The position numbers were made by a program, and so were the translations under genes. Of a stretch of 64,000 bases of DNA, positions 12,025-23,698 are shown in pieces (the first letter of the stretch is position 1; each line of letters starts with the position of its first letter). Source of the stretch: Candidatus Dormiibacterota bacterium (GTDB lineage Bacteria > Chloroflexota > Dormibacteria > Aeolococcales > Aeolococcaceae). The notes under the pieces are model-generated. The model saw nothing but the letters and a program-made list of their open reading frames with translations. It did no database searches and was not told where the DNA came from. Where the stretch lies: assembly GCA_963709585.1 (NCBI GenBank), contig CAVPXI010000004.1:32001-96000 (forward strand). Direction: 5' to 3'.

Positions 12025-13044
12025 ATGCCGCCGCCAGCTGGTGTGGGCGGCGGCATCGCCGCCTCTGGCGTTCGGGTGGCGCCGATCCTGTTGAAGCGTG
12101 GCCGGCCCCGCATCGCCGACCGGATCTTCGGTACCGGCGTCTCGATCACCGGCGGGATCGTGCTTGTTGTGATCGCCGCGATGATCGTCTTCCTGGTGTT
12201 GCAGGGCCTTCCAGCCATGCAGCAGTACGGCTTCTTCTCCTTCATCACATCGTCGCGATGGACGCCATCGACCGCGTTTCCGAATGTCTCGCATCCGAAC
12301 CCATACGGGATCCTGCAGTTCATCTACGGCACGATGCTCACGTCGATCATCGGCATGATCATCGCTGTGCCACTTGCCGTTGGTGCCGCGCTGGTCATCA
12401 CGGAGGTGGCACCGCAGCGCATCAAGGGTCCGCTCTCGGCACTCGTGGATCTGCTGGCCGCGGTACCCAGCGTCGTCTACGGGTTCTGGGGGATCTTCGC
12501 TCTCATCCCGGCGATCAGGCCGGTTGTGGACTTCCTGACCACGACGCTCGGCACCGTGCCGGTGATCGGTATCGCATTCCAGGGGCCGTTTTTCGGCGTG
12601 TCGTATTTCAGCGCGGGGTTGGTGCTCGCGATCATGGTGCTCCCGATCATTGCGGCAGTCTGCCGTGAGGTCTTCCGGAGCACGCCGCGGAACGAGAAGG
12701 AAGCGGCACTGGCTCTGGGGGCCACGCGCTGGGAGATGATCCGCATCGCGGTGCTTCCGCGTGCACGTTCGGGCATCGTCGGGGCTTCGTTGCTCGGTCT
12801 CGGCCGCGCGTTGGGGGAGACCATCGCGGTGACCATGGTGATCGGCAACGCGGTGCTGCACATCAACTCGAGCATCTTCTCGCAAGGGGCGACGATGTCC
12901 AGCGTCATCGCCAACGAGTTCACGGAGGCCACCGAGCCCTTCCACCTGTCCGCTCTCTTCGTGGTGGGGTTCTGGCTCCTGATCGTCGCGCTGGTGGTGA
13001 ACATTCTTGCGCGCCTGGTTGCGCGCCGTGGGGTGGCGCTGTGA
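12025..13044 (+). CDS. pstC: Phosphate ABC transporter permease
   Basis: LAAVPSVVYGFWG, EAALALGATRWE and GRALGETIAV motifs. Confidence 0.95.
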   Translation: MPPPAGVGGGIAASGVRVAPILLKRGRPRIADRIFGTGVSITGGIVLVVIAAMIVFLVLQGLPAMQQYGFFSFITSSRWTPSTAFPNVSHPNPYGILQFIYGTMLTSIIGMIIAVPLAVGAALVITEVAPQRIKGPLSALVDLLAAVPSVVYGFWGIFALIPAIRPVVDFLTTTLGTVPVIGIAFQGPFFGVSYFSAGLVLAIMVLPIIAAVCREVFRSTPRNEKEAALALGATRWEMIRIAVLPRARSGIVGASLLGLGRALGETIAVTMVIGNAVLHINSSIFSQGATMSSVIANEFTEATEPFHLSALFVVGFWLLIVALVVNILARLVARRGVAL

Positions 13045-13928
13045 CCCAGCTCGCACTCCGCACGCCGGGATTTCGCAACCGCCCGGCGCTGCGCCGGCGA
13101 CGTGCCAGGAGCGCCGCGCTTGTCGGCCTGCTGATCGCGGCGGTGGTCGTGGCGGTCGGCGTGCTCGCCTGGGTGCTCGTCTATGTCGCCGTCCAGGGCG
13201 CCGGTGCGTTGAACCTCGGTTTCCTCACCCAGACGCCTCCAGGCAACCCAGCCGCCGCCGGCGGTGGGTTCTTCAACGGAATCGTCGGCAGTCTCATCAT
13301 CGTCGGAATAGCGGCGGCGATCGCGATCCCACTCGGGATCGGCGCGGCGATCTACCTCGTCGAGTACGGGCGGGGACGCCTCTCAGCCACGATTCGTTTC
13401 TTCAATGACGTGTTGATCGGGATTCCGACCATCGTCACCGGTGCCTTCATCTATGCGATCTGGGTGACGCGGTTCGGCTTTTCCGGTTTCGCCGGATCGC
13501 TGGCGCTCGCGATCGTCATGCTCCCGCTGGTGACGCGAACGACTGAGGAGATGCTGCGCCTGGTGCCGAACGAGCTCCGGGAGGGCAGCCTGGCGCTCGG
13601 GGCCACTCGGAGTCAGACGGTGATGCGGGTCTGCATCCCGACCGCACTGCCCGGAATCATCACCGGAGCCATGCTGGCCGTCGCCCGCGCCATGGGGGAG
13701 ACCGCCCCGCTGCTCCTGACCGCCCTCGGCAATGACCTGTTCACGGAGTACAACCCGGCACGACGCATGTCGACGCTCTCCCTGCAGATCTTCGACAACG
13801 CGGTCACCGGGTTCCAGGAAGGTCAGTCACGGGCCTGGGCGGGTGCGCTCACACTTATCGCGATCGTGCTGATCTTCACCTTCGTTGCTCGCTTCTTCGG
13901 CCGCCGGGTCCGCACGTCGAATGCCTGA
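13041..13928 (+). CDS. pstA: Phosphate ABC transporter permease
   Basis: [25 protein letters not shown] and [10 protein letters not shown] motifs. Confidence 0.95.
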   Translation: MTQLALRTPGFRNRPALRRRRARSAALVGLLIAAVVVAVGVLAWVLVYVAVQGAGALNLGFLTQTPPGNPAAAGGGFFNGIVGSLIIVGIAAAIAIPLGIGAAIYLVEYGRGRLSATIRFFNDVLIGIPTIVTGAFIYAIWVTRFGFSGFAGSLALAIVMLPLVTRTTEEMLRLVPNELREGSLALGATRSQTVMRVCIPTALPGIITGAMLAVARAMGETAPLLLTALGNDLFTEYNPARRMSTLSLQIFDNAVTGFQEGQSRAWAGALTLIAIVLIFTFVARFFGRRVRTSNA

Positions 13929-14769
13929 CGTGGCCACCGAACCGGCCCCCGCACGTGCGAAGGTGCACGACATGCTGACCACGCCGGACACAGCGGTCGA
14001 GGGGTTGTCGATCGAGCAGCTCAACGCCTGGTTTGGCAAGCATCACGTGGTGGCCGACGTGAGCCTGGTGGCCCCGGCCCATCAAGTCACGGCGCTTATC
14101 GGCCCCTCTGGGTGCGGCAAGAGCACGCTCTTGCGCTGCGTCAATCGCATGCACGAGATCGTGCCCGGTGCACGAGTCGGCGGACGGGTGATGTTCGGTG
14201 GTCAGAATGTCTACGATCCGGACATCGACCCAGGCTCGGTGCGCAGCGAGATCGGGATGGTATTTCAGCGCCCGAATCCATTTCCGACCATGTCGATCTT
14301 CGAGAACACGATCATCGGCGTGCGCCTCGCCAAGACCGCGGGGAGTCGAAAGCTGGACGACATCGCAGAGAGCGCTCTGCGCCGCGCGGAGCTGTGGGAC
14401 GAGGTCAAGGACCGCCTCAACAAACCGGCGGTCAGCCTCTCCGGTGGTCAGCAACAGCGGCTGTGCATCGCGCGGGCTGTCGCCGTGGATCCCGCCCTCC
14501 TCCTCATGGATGAGCCGTGCTCTGCGCTCGACCCCATCGCAACCTTCAAGATCGAAGAGCTCATCCGCGAGATTGCCGATCAATACACCGTGATCATCGT
14601 CACGCACAACATGCAGCAGGCGACTCGCGTATCGCAGTTCACCGGCTTCATGACCATCGAGCACGCAGGCGAACCTGGGCGATTGATTGAATTCGGCACG
14701 ACGGATCAGATTTTTGGGTCGCCGGCGCAGCCGGCGACCGAGGCATATGTGAGTGGTAGGGTGGGGTGA
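13921..14769 (+). CDS. pstB: Phosphate ABC transporter ATPase (copy 1)
   Basis: [30 protein letters not shown] and DEPCSALDP motifs. Confidence 0.95.
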   Translation: MPDVATEPAPARAKVHDMLTTPDTAVEGLSIEQLNAWFGKHHVVADVSLVAPAHQVTALIGPSGCGKSTLLRCVNRMHEIVPGARVGGRVMFGGQNVYDPDIDPGSVRSEIGMVFQRPNPFPTMSIFENTIIGVRLAKTAGSRKLDDIAESALRRAELWDEVKDRLNKPAVSLSGGQQQRLCIARAVAVDPALLLMDEPCSALDPIATFKIEELIREIADQYTVIIVTHNMQQATRVSQFTGFMTIEHAGEPGRLIEFGTTDQIFGSPAQPATEAYVSGRVG

Positions 14770-14770
14770 G

Positions 14771-15628
14771 ATGGCGAGTGAGTTGAGCATCCTGGGTCGG
14801 TTGCAGGAGGCCGACCCCGGCCGGGGACGGCCAGCACGACCCGGCATCGCGCAGGTGGAGAATCCCGCGATCAGCACGCGAAATGTCAACGCACGCTATG
14901 GGGCGTTCCTTGCGCTTCGCGACGTCTCGATCTCCGCACCGCGCGGTGAGATCACCGCGATCATCGGTCCATCCGGATGCGGCAAGTCGACGTTGCTGCG
15001 CAGCCTCAACCGGATCAACGATCTGATCCCTTCGTTCACCCTCGAGGGTGAGGTCATGGTCGACGATCAGGACGTCTACGCGCCCGAGGTGGACGTCGCG
15101 AGCCTGCGCCGGCGCGTGGGCATGCTCTTCCAGCGCCCGGCGCCTTTTCCGATGAGCATCTACGACAACGTCGTCTACAGCCTGCGTCTCGACGGACGCC
15201 AGGCCAGGGCGACGTTGGACGATGCGGTGGAGCGTTGCCTGGAACAGACTGGTCTGTGGGAGGAGGTGAAGGACCGCCTCAAGGCATCGGCCACAGGACT
15301 CTCTGGGGGACAGCAGCAGCGTCTGTGTCTGGCGCGCACGCTGGCCGCGGGGAGCGACGTCATCCTCATGGATGAGCCATGCGCAGCGCTCGATCCCATC
15401 TCAACGCTGCGGATCGAGGAGTTGATGCGCGAGCTGCGCGAGACGGTGACGATCGTCATCGTGACTCACAACCTGCAACAGGCGGCGCGAGTGAGCGATT
15501 ACACCGCGTTCATGCTGATGGGTGAAGGACGCGCCGGCGAACTTGTCGAGCTCGGCAAGACCGATGACGTCTTCAAGGACCCGGTGGACAAGCGCACCGA
15601 GGACTACATCACGGGGAGATTCGGGTGA
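14771..15628 (+). CDS. pstB: Phosphate ABC transporter ATPase (copy 2)
   Basis: [18 protein letters not shown] and TEDYITGRFG motifs. Confidence 0.95.
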   Translation: MASELSILGRLQEADPGRGRPARPGIAQVENPAISTRNVNARYGAFLALRDVSISAPRGEITAIIGPSGCGKSTLLRSLNRINDLIPSFTLEGEVMVDDQDVYAPEVDVASLRRRVGMLFQRPAPFPMSIYDNVVYSLRLDGRQARATLDDAVERCLEQTGLWEEVKDRLKASATGLSGGQQQRLCLARTLAAGSDVILMDEPCAALDPISTLRIEELMRELRETVTIVIVTHNLQQAARVSDYTAFMLMGEGRAGELVELGKTDDVFKDPVDKRTEDYITGRFG

Positions 15629-16311
15629 GCCAGCCAACCCCCGCGAGCCCTCACGTCACCCACCGACCGGTGCTGCAGGCAGAGCTGGACGCGATCCGCG
15701 CGGCGATCGTCGCCCTCACCAAGCAGGTTGAGGTCGCCATCGAACGTGCCATCTGGGGTCTGCGTGAGCGCAACCCCGACATCTGCACGTCGGTCATCGA
15801 GGGCGATGCCGCGATCAACGAGCAGCACCGCAAGATCCGCGACGCCTGCTTTCACGTGATCCTCACCCAGGCTCCTGTGGCGCGCGACCTCCGCGACATT
15901 CGCGGCTTCGATCACATCGCCTCGGAGCTGGAGCGAATGGCAGACCACTGCGTGTCGATCGCCCGCATCGGCAGGTCGATGACCGAGTTGCCGGACGTAC
16001 CGTCGTCGGAGCCGCTCGGCGTGCTCGCCGAGCAGGCCGAGACACAGGTGCGCGACATTCTTGCGGCATTCGAAGCGCACGACACGCTCGCCGCGCGGGA
16101 CATCGCTCGCCGCGACAGCATGGTCGACATGAAATATCGCCAGATCTTCTCCACGTATGTCGATCAGATGACCGCTGATGGGAGCCTCGCGCCGCGAGCG
16201 ACCGGACTCGTCTTCGTGGCGCACTACCTGGAGCGGATCGGCGACCGGGTGACGAATATCGCCGAGGAATTGATCTTCGCCGAGACCGGCGGGATCGAAG
16301 AGCTCGGGTAG
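15625..16311 (+). CDS. phoU: Phosphate signalling protein PhoU
   Basis: QAPVARDLR, ELERMADH and YLERIGDRVTNIAE motifs. Confidence 0.95.
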   Translation: MSQPTPASPHVTHRPVLQAELDAIRAAIVALTKQVEVAIERAIWGLRERNPDICTSVIEGDAAINEQHRKIRDACFHVILTQAPVARDLRDIRGFDHIASELERMADHCVSIARIGRSMTELPDVPSSEPLGVLAEQAETQVRDILAAFEAHDTLAARDIARRDSMVDMKYRQIFSTYVDQMTADGSLAPRATGLVFVAHYLERIGDRVTNIAEELIFAETGGIEELG

Positions 16312-16407
16312 GCTCGCCCGCCGGGGCGCGGGCCACGTTTGGGTCGCACGTGTCCGGATCCTATCCAGATTTGCGGGGTAGGATGGGGACGCCGTGGAGT
16401 TCCGCCG

Positions 16408-17115
16408 ATGAGCAGCCTCTTCCGGCGCCGACGCCCGGAACCGCTGCCGCCGCCCCTGGAGCCCGGGCGCGCCCCCGTCGGCATCGGCGTCGCCTGCAGC
16501 GTGCCCGAGTGCCCAAACGGCAACGCCCGGAGCTGCGAGTACCGCGATCGTCGTGGGCGCATGTGTCCGCTGGCCTTCTGCGCCGACCACGGGGTCGTGA
16601 TCGAGGGAGTCCCGTTCTGCCGCCGCCACGCGAGCACCGTGCAGGCGATCGGGGCACTCGCGACCGACCCCAACGGTCGGCCCGACATCAACGACCGCAC
16701 CCCGTCGCTGGTCAACTGGATCTCGCGCGAGCTCGACGGGCACATCCGATCGCAGCTGCAGGCTGCGGCGCGCGAGGGTGAGTCCGTCGTCGCCGATGAT
16801 GCGGTTCACCTCACCCGTGACAGCAATCGGAGCCTTCGCTGGGAGCGAAGCTGGCGGCTTGTCGAAAGCACAGGCCTGGTGCTCAGGATCAGCATCAACG
16901 TGTCCGAGGAGAACGATGCGCTGGTGCGCATCAACGTCGGGAGCGACATGGTCGCCGACGGGATTCCGCCCTGGATCGCGCGCCGCCGGATGGGTGAGGA
17001 CGTGGACGTTGCGATCGACATCGCGCAGCGGCAGCTTTTCTACCAGTACCTGCGGGAGAGCATCGCCAAGGCGGTGGCGGAGTTCCGCGGCGGCGATCGT
17101 CCGTACGCTCGGTAG
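16408..17115 (+). CDS. Hypothetical protein with N-terminal Cys/His zinc-binding region
   Basis: CSVPEC..CEYRDRRGRMCPLAFCADH..FCRRH. Codon usage is host-like. Confidence 0.7.
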   Translation: MSSLFRRRRPEPLPPPLEPGRAPVGIGVACSVPECPNGNARSCEYRDRRGRMCPLAFCADHGVVIEGVPFCRRHASTVQAIGALATDPNGRPDINDRTPSLVNWISRELDGHIRSQLQAAAREGESVVADDAVHLTRDSNRSLRWERSWRLVESTGLVLRISINVSEENDALVRINVGSDMVADGIPPWIARRRMGEDVDVAIDIAQRQLFYQYLRESIAKAVAEFRGGDRPYAR

Positions 17116-17184
17116 GGGGACCGCGCCGCCCGCTACGCTGTCGCCTGCGGCAGACGGGTTGCGAACTGGCCTACAGGAGATTCG

Positions 17185-18156
17185 ATGAGCGCCGAGACAT
17201 ACCTTGACAACACGGGTCGGGACGACATCCTCGGGGGCGGCGCGAGGCGGATTCCGATCACCACCACCAAGGGGGAGTTTCACGTCTGGACCAAGCGCTT
17301 CGGGAACAACCCCACCGCGAAGTTGCTGCTCCTCCACGGCGGCCCGGCCTGCACCCATGAGTACTTCGAGGCGTGCGACAGCTACCTTCCGGCGGCCGGC
17401 ATCGAGTACTACTACTACGACCAGCTCGGCTCGACCTACAGCGACCAGCCTGACGACCCCGATCTCTGGCAGCTCGACCGGTTCGTCGACGAGGTCGAGC
17501 AGGTGCGCGTCGCGCTCGGCCTGGACGAGGGGAACTTCTTCCTGCTTGGTCACTCGTGGGGCGGGATCCTCGCTACCGAGTACGCGTTGAAGTACCAGCA
17601 GCACCTGAAGGGTCTCGTGATCTCCAACATGATGATGAGCATCCCGGCGTACAACGAGTACGCGCGCACGGTGCTGATGCCGACGATGGATCAGGACGTG
17701 CTCGCGGAGATCAAGCGTCTCGAGGCAGCCGGTGAGACCGAGACACCTCGGTACATGGAGCTGCTCAACGACCACTACCTCCAGCACGTCCTCCGCATGC
17801 CCTTCGAGGAATGGCCGGATCCAGTCAACCGCGCGTTCGCCCACGTCAACCGGTCGATCTACGTGCCGATGCAGGGGCCAAGCGAGCTTGGTGCGAGCGG
17901 GATCCTGGCGAACTGGGACAGAACCGATGCGCTCGAGAGCATCAACGTGCCGGCGCTGGTGATCGGCGCAACCTACGACACCATGGATCCGGCGCACATG
18001 GAGATGGTGGCGGGACGGATGCCCCACGGTCGATTCCTCCTCTGCCGGAACGGCAGTCACATGGCCATGTACGACGACCAGCTGACGTACTTCCGCGGAC
18101 TGATCGACTTCATCACCGACATCGATCACTGGAGCACCGCCCAGCACCGGAGGTGA
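17185..18156 (+). CDS. Proline iminopeptidase-family alpha/beta hydrolase
   Basis: LHGGP, YDQLG, GHSWGG nucleophile and GSHMAMYD motifs. Confidence 0.9.
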   Translation: MSAETYLDNTGRDDILGGGARRIPITTTKGEFHVWTKRFGNNPTAKLLLLHGGPACTHEYFEACDSYLPAAGIEYYYYDQLGSTYSDQPDDPDLWQLDRFVDEVEQVRVALGLDEGNFFLLGHSWGGILATEYALKYQQHLKGLVISNMMMSIPAYNEYARTVLMPTMDQDVLAEIKRLEAAGETETPRYMELLNDHYLQHVLRMPFEEWPDPVNRAFAHVNRSIYVPMQGPSELGASGILANWDRTDALESINVPALVIGATYDTMDPAHMEMVAGRMPHGRFLLCRNGSHMAMYDDQLTYFRGLIDFITDIDHWSTAQHRR

Positions 18157-18216
18157 CGTCCAAGCGGCTGAACGACCCGCGTTGACGGTCGACGGCGACC
18201 CTCGAGCCCCTATCCT

Positions 18217-20098
18217 GTGCCGGTGCGGGCTCCCCAGGATCACCTCGGTGACGTTGCGCCGGGGCAACAGCGCTCGCCCTGGCGGATCTGCGCGGAGGCG
18301 TTGCTGCTCGCCCTCGCACCGGCGGCAGCCTTCTTCGGGCTGCGGCTGACGTTGATGGCGCCACCGGATCTGAACGATCCGGCGATGCACACCACTTTCA
18401 TCATCGACCCGCACGACATCTACCTTCGCTACACGGCGGCATTCGAACCCACCGAGCGGTTGCGCGAGGGAGCGCGAGTCGGGTTTCTGGTGCCCGGTCG
18501 CATCGCATACCTCCTCTTTGGCGGCGTGCCGGGATTTGTCGTGTTCCGCTACGTCCTCGCTCTTGTCGCGGTGGTGCCGACCTACCTCTTGCTGCGCCGC
18601 CTGTACAGCCGTGTGGCCGGGGTGATCGGGGTCATCGTCATCCTCAGCTGCCCGGTCATCATCCTGGCCTGGGGTACCGACTTTCCCGAACTCGGCCGCG
18701 GTCTCGTACCTGATCGGCGGTCTGGCCTGCCTCGCGATGCCGTCGACGCGGCGCCGTACCGGATGGCTGATCGGTGCGGCAGTCCTCTTCACGCTTGCGG
18801 TGTGGGCACTGGCGACATCAGCGGCGTTGATCCTTGCGACGCTTGTGGCGTACTGGCTCGTCCGGCGCAAACGCGACCGGCCGAGGCTGTGGCGAGACCT
18901 GTCGGTCATGGCCGGCGTCGCCGTGGCGGTCACCGGTCTGCTCGTGATCGGCTCAGCCGTGCTGATCGGCCCGTGGGACTACATCCTGACCACGATCCAG
19001 TCGCTGATCTACCTCGCACAGCCCGCGCAGACGATCGTGAATCACTCGCGGAGTCCGCTCTGGGCGCCATACATCACCTATCTGCTCGTTCCGCCCGCGG
19101 TGGGACTGGCATGCTACGCCGCGTTCGGGGGCCGGATCAACGACTTTCTTGCGACCGATCGGTTGAAGCGCATCGGGCGCCGCCTGGCTTCGATTCCGAC
19201 CCCGCAGCTTCTGGTGAGCGTGACCTGCGCCTTTCAGATCGTGATCTACGCGATCCTGCAGTTCATCGGCAGCACACAGGTTCTCGAGGTTCACTACTTC
19301 TCATCGCTGTTGTGGGCCTCGGTGTTGCTGACCCTGGCGATCACCATTGCAGAGCTTGGTGCTCCGATCCTCGAGCACGCGCGCTACCGGTGGCTGATCC
19401 CAGTAGTGCTCGTCGCGATCCCGCTGGTGTTCGAGCTTTCTCCCAGCGTGCCGCAGTTCGGCTGGATGCCCGTCGGACTCCTGATCGTCGTGGCGATCGT
19501 GCTGCTCGCGTGGGTCGCGAAGCGGGAGGCCGCGTCGCACGACATCGTGCGATCACGGCTCATGGTCGGCACTGCGCTCACCGCGATTGTCGCCGGACTG
19601 CTCGTCCTGACGGTCACGCCGACACAGCACAAGCACGAACGCGGCACCGTCGTCGACACCTTCCCCGATTACGCCTACACGCTGGGCGGCAACGACCCTG
19701 CATGGGGCAACGATTCCACGTGGGTGAACCTGTATGCCGTCACCACCGAGATGCCCACATTCGTCGGTCCCGCGACGTACTCCGGCGAGCAGCTGCTGAT
19801 GTGGTGGAACGGAGATCAGCTGAAGGAGCTGCGCGAGCCCATCGGCATCTTCCACGCATTCTTCAACTCGATCCCGAGCGCGCTCGGTGACCTCACCCCG
19901 CTCGACACATACTTCTTCGGACAGCGTCACCCCGCACAGATACTCCTGATGAGCCTGACCGGGCAGGGATTTGCTGCGTCGCTCAGCGCGCTGAAGCCGT
20001 TCCAGCCGCAGCTTGTTCGCACCGGAGTCCTGCGGTCGGGATCGGTCGTGCTCCACCTCTGGCTGATCGACCTGCACAAATATTTGCAAACTCCGTAG
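18217..20098 (+). CDS. Polytopic membrane protein, probable GT-C fold glycosyltransferase-like (frameshift near 18690)
   Basis: Many hydrophobic helices across ORFs 18217.. and 18737..20098. Acidic DLND motif in the first extracytoplasmic loop. Confidence 0.55.
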
Positions 20099-20265
20099 CC
20101 GGAACCGGAACCCCGGCCGCGGGGAGCGATCCCATCTGGTGACGATCTCGTTGCGAGAGGGGCGATCTGTGCTACCCGGTGGGATCGTCGCCTATCGTGG
20201 TTGACGATGGAAGCGGCTCGCCGTACGACTGGCATGCGTCGTCGTCGTGTAGGCGCCGGCTCAGG

Positions 20266-22861
20266 GTGAACGTCGTCGCAGCGCCGGCACGCCATCGAAC
20301 CTGGATCGCGGGCTTCCCCCTTGGGGCGCTCCTGGCCGGCATGCTCAGCTTCGGCGGGCCGGTTACGACGGCAGAGGCATCAGGGACGCCGGCCTGGACC
20401 GCATATGTCGCCAACCAGGCGACGAACAACGTGACGCCGGTCGACACCGCAACCGGGGCGACGGGATCAGCGATCGCAGTGGGCAGCGAACCCGGCGCGA
20501 TCGCCATCACGCCGGACGGGAAGACCGCTTATGTCGTCAATCAGAGTTCGGACAACGTGACACCGATCAATACACTGACCAACATCGCGGGGGCGCCAAT
20601 AGCAGTGGGGTCCCTTCCGCAGGGAATCGCCATCTCGCCGGACGGCAAGATGGCCTACGTGACCAACGCGTTGTCGAACTCGGTCACTCCCATCAATATC
20701 GCCACAAATACCACTCAACCTTGGATTCCAGTTGGCCAGGATCCCGAAGGCATCGCAATCACACCCGATGGACGCACCGCCTACGTGGTGCACCCGGGCA
20801 CCGGCACCGGCAGCGTGAGCGCGATTGACCTGGCGACCGGGAAAGTGGGCACGACCATTACGGTTGGGGGCGGGGCACAGAATCTTGCAATCACTCCTGA
20901 CGGTGTCACCTTGTACGTGGCCGACGGACGATCGGACGCTGTGACGCCCATCGCCACGGCTACGAACGTCGCTGGAACGCCGATCGCGCTCGGCGCGAAC
21001 ATGAACGCGGACGATGTCGCAATCTCACCAAATGGCGCGACGGCGTATGTGACCGTCGGGGGTGGCAGCGTCATTCCGATCCACGTTGCCACCAACACTG
21101 CCGCCGCTCCAATTCCGGTCTCGGGCGGTTCTGCTGGGATCTCGTTGACGCCGGACGGCAAGACGGCGTTCGTCACCAGTCTCAACACCATCGTCACCCC
21201 GATCGATACGGGTACGAACACAACCGAGACGCCCATCACTGTGGGGAATGAATCCACCGGTGTCGCGATCACACCCGACCAGGCGCCGGTGGCGGATCTC
21301 TCCGTCTTGGGTTCGGCCCTGGGCACCGCTACGAGCTTTGATGCATCGAGGTCGACGGTGGCGTACGGCAGCATCGCTTCGTACGCCTGGAATTTCGGAG
21401 ACGGCGCCACAGCCACGACGACGACGTCCACGACCACGCACACCTATGCGGCCGTCGGGACCTACACGGCGACGGTCACGGAAACTAGTACTGCCGGAAC
21501 GTCGACGACCACCGTCTACACCGGCCAGATGATGAGTCAGAACGGCGGACCGTCGGCGCGAACGTCACAGGTGGTCACGATCATCGCGCCCGGGGCGTAT
21601 ACAGCCCTGAGTTCCCTTCCGCGTATGCGATACGCGAGCGGTGCTGCCGACCAATCAGTGCACAGCGCACACGTTCGGGACTGCGACTTCGATCGACGTA
21701 CACGTGACTGGAAAGACAGGTCCGCTGGGTCAGACCGTTCCGGCAGACGCGCTGGCGGTGGCGTTGAACGTGACCGCGCTCAGCGAAAGCACGACAAACA
21801 GCTTCATCAGCGTCTTCCCGGCCGGCGAAGCCCTCCCCAAGGTCTCGAACATCAGCTTCGATGCGGGCGCGACCCAGGCAAATCTCGTGGTGGTTCGCCT
21901 TGCCGTTGGCGGTGACGTCAGCGTGTTCAACGCCGTCGGGCGAGCCGATGTCGTCGTCGATGTCGAGGGCTATTTCGCGCCACCCGGCCCCACTCCAGTT
22001 GCGGGTGAGTATCACACCATGCCGCCACTCCGGATCTGCGATACTCGCGCCGGCAAGGGCACGGAGTGCGCGGGCAGCTTCGACAATCCCTTGCCAGCGA
22101 ACACCTGGCGTGACGTGGTGCTTTCGGGTCTTCCCTCCGGTGCGGCGAACAACACGCCGTCGATTCCCACGCAGAGTGCGGCAGCGGCAGTGTTCAACCT
22201 CACCGCGGTGAACGGCACGCAGGCGACCTACGTCACGGTTGCATCGCCGAACATGACGACAGACGCCTGCCCGACCAAACCGCCCGCGGCCTCCAACCTC
22301 AATCCGCCGACTGGCTCGGCGCTGCCCAACCGGATCATCTCGGCTCTCGGACCCCACCAGGACGTGTGCGTCTACAACGCGGCCGGCAGCATTGACGTCA
22401 TCATCGACATCAACGGCTGGTTCGGGGATGGCACGGAGGGAACAACCGCCCCACCCGGCGCGCTCTTCTACTCGATACCCCCGGCTCGCATCTGTGACAC
22501 TCGCCCCACCAGGAATGGATCGATAGCGAACTGTCAGAATCAGTTAATTGGGCCCAAAAGCCTCTTGGGGATCCAGGTGGCGGGCAAGAGCCTCGTGCCC
22601 GACTCGGGAGGGCCGAACCCGCCGATCGCAGTTGTGGCCAACCTCACCGCAGTGGCGGGGACTGCGACAACCTTCTTCACGCTCTTTCCTACGGACGCGA
22701 CGCAACCACTCTCGTCCGATCTCAACCCTCGCGCCGGGGACGTGGTGGCGAACCTTGCCTTCGTGACGATCGCGACGAGCGAGTTCTCCGGCGAGGTGAC
22801 CCTCTACAACGCCGCCGGTTCGATCAACGCGATACTCGACGTCGCAGGATGGTTCCAGTAG
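20266..22861 (+). CDS. Secreted YVTN beta-propeller + PKD + C-terminal beta-repeat surface protein (frameshift near 21610)
   Basis: About seven AITPDGKTAYV repeats, PKD motif SYAWNFGDG, then ICDTR/AVALNVTA/SNLN/DVxGWF repeats in ORF 21641..22861. Confidence 0.8.
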
Positions 22862-22919
22862 CCAACGAGTAGCCCGTAGGCCTAGCGTCAGTCGCGGGAT
22901 CGCCCTGGCGATCGAGAAC

Positions 22920-23615
22920 CTATTGCGGCGGTAGAAGTGGCGGCGGCGGCGGCGGTGGAGGAGGCGGCGGCGCCACCGGTGGCACCGGCATCGAAGCGTG
23001 AGCGCTAACCGGCGCGGGTCGCCGGGGCGCAAGAAAGGTCATGGTCAGCACGTATGCGAATCCCGCGTCGCAGAGCAGGGAGACGACGCTGGCGGCTACC
23101 GCGGTCGCCGGCTCCGCGCCGAGTCGGGACACGGCAGCGAGCGCCCCGATCACGACGACCACCAACACGATTACACGGGCAACCCCGTACTTGATGAGCC
23201 AGACAACCACCGCGTAGAACACGATGGCGAAGAACGCGACAATCGCAAGGAATGGGCGAATGTTGAGCGTCTGGTCGAGGATCTGGCCAGTGTTCGCATC
23301 CTGCACCGGAACACTGATCGTTGGGACGAGCAGCGCCACCGCAAAGATGCCGAGCACCGAGAGCGCGCCATAGGCGAGCGCGATCCAGCGCGCGATCGAG
23401 ATCCAGTCGGTCCCCACCACCAGCGGTGCGAGCGAGACCATGGGTGCATTGGTGGCGACGGCCGTGGGAGCCGTGCCATCCCGGGCCTGGTCGACACGAC
23501 GGCCGTCGGGCAGAATGAGCGGCGACCCGCACCGTTTGCAGGTCGTCGAGCTCTTGAGCTCCGACCATCTCCAACAAGTGGGGCAGCAGACGGCAACGGC
23601 GGCGGTGGCGGCCAT
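22920..23615 (-). CDS. Membrane protein with N-terminal zinc ribbon
   Basis: CCPTC-x10-CKRC, then four TM helices and a poly-Pro tail. Confidence 0.7.
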   Translation of the reverse strand: MAATAAVAVCCPTCWRWSELKSSTTCKRCGSPLILPDGRRVDQARDGTAPTAVATNAPMVSLAPLVVGTDWISIARWIALAYGALSVLGIFAVALLVPTISVPVQDANTGQILDQTLNIRPFLAIVAFFAIVFYAVVVWLIKYGVARVIVLVVVVIGALAAVSRLGAEPATAVAASVVSLLCDAGFAYVLTMTFLAPRRPAPVSAHASMPVPPVAPPPPPPPPPPPLLPPQ

Positions 23616-23698
23616 CGCCCATTCTCTGCAGCGATCGACGGAAGGCTCAGCGCCGTTCGCGGACGGTGCCACGCCCGTGACCGGTCCGCGTCAATCCG

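Noticed and set aside
13921-15628. Two tandem pstB genes as a novelty
   Set aside because: Tandem pstB copies are well known (e.g. Bacillus pstBA/pstBB).
15604-18933. 1109-aa minus-strand ORF
   Set aside because: Antisense shadow of phoU, the hypothetical gene and the iminopeptidase. High GC suppresses stops and it has no motifs.
20400-21290. Regularly spaced repeats resembling an array
   Set aside because: They are coding YVTN propeller repeats with degenerate DNA, not CRISPR. No cas genes or identical repeats were seen anywhere in the window.
22935-22990. GGC trinucleotide run
   Set aside because: Encodes the poly-Pro tail of the minus-strand membrane protein; not an independent repeat element.
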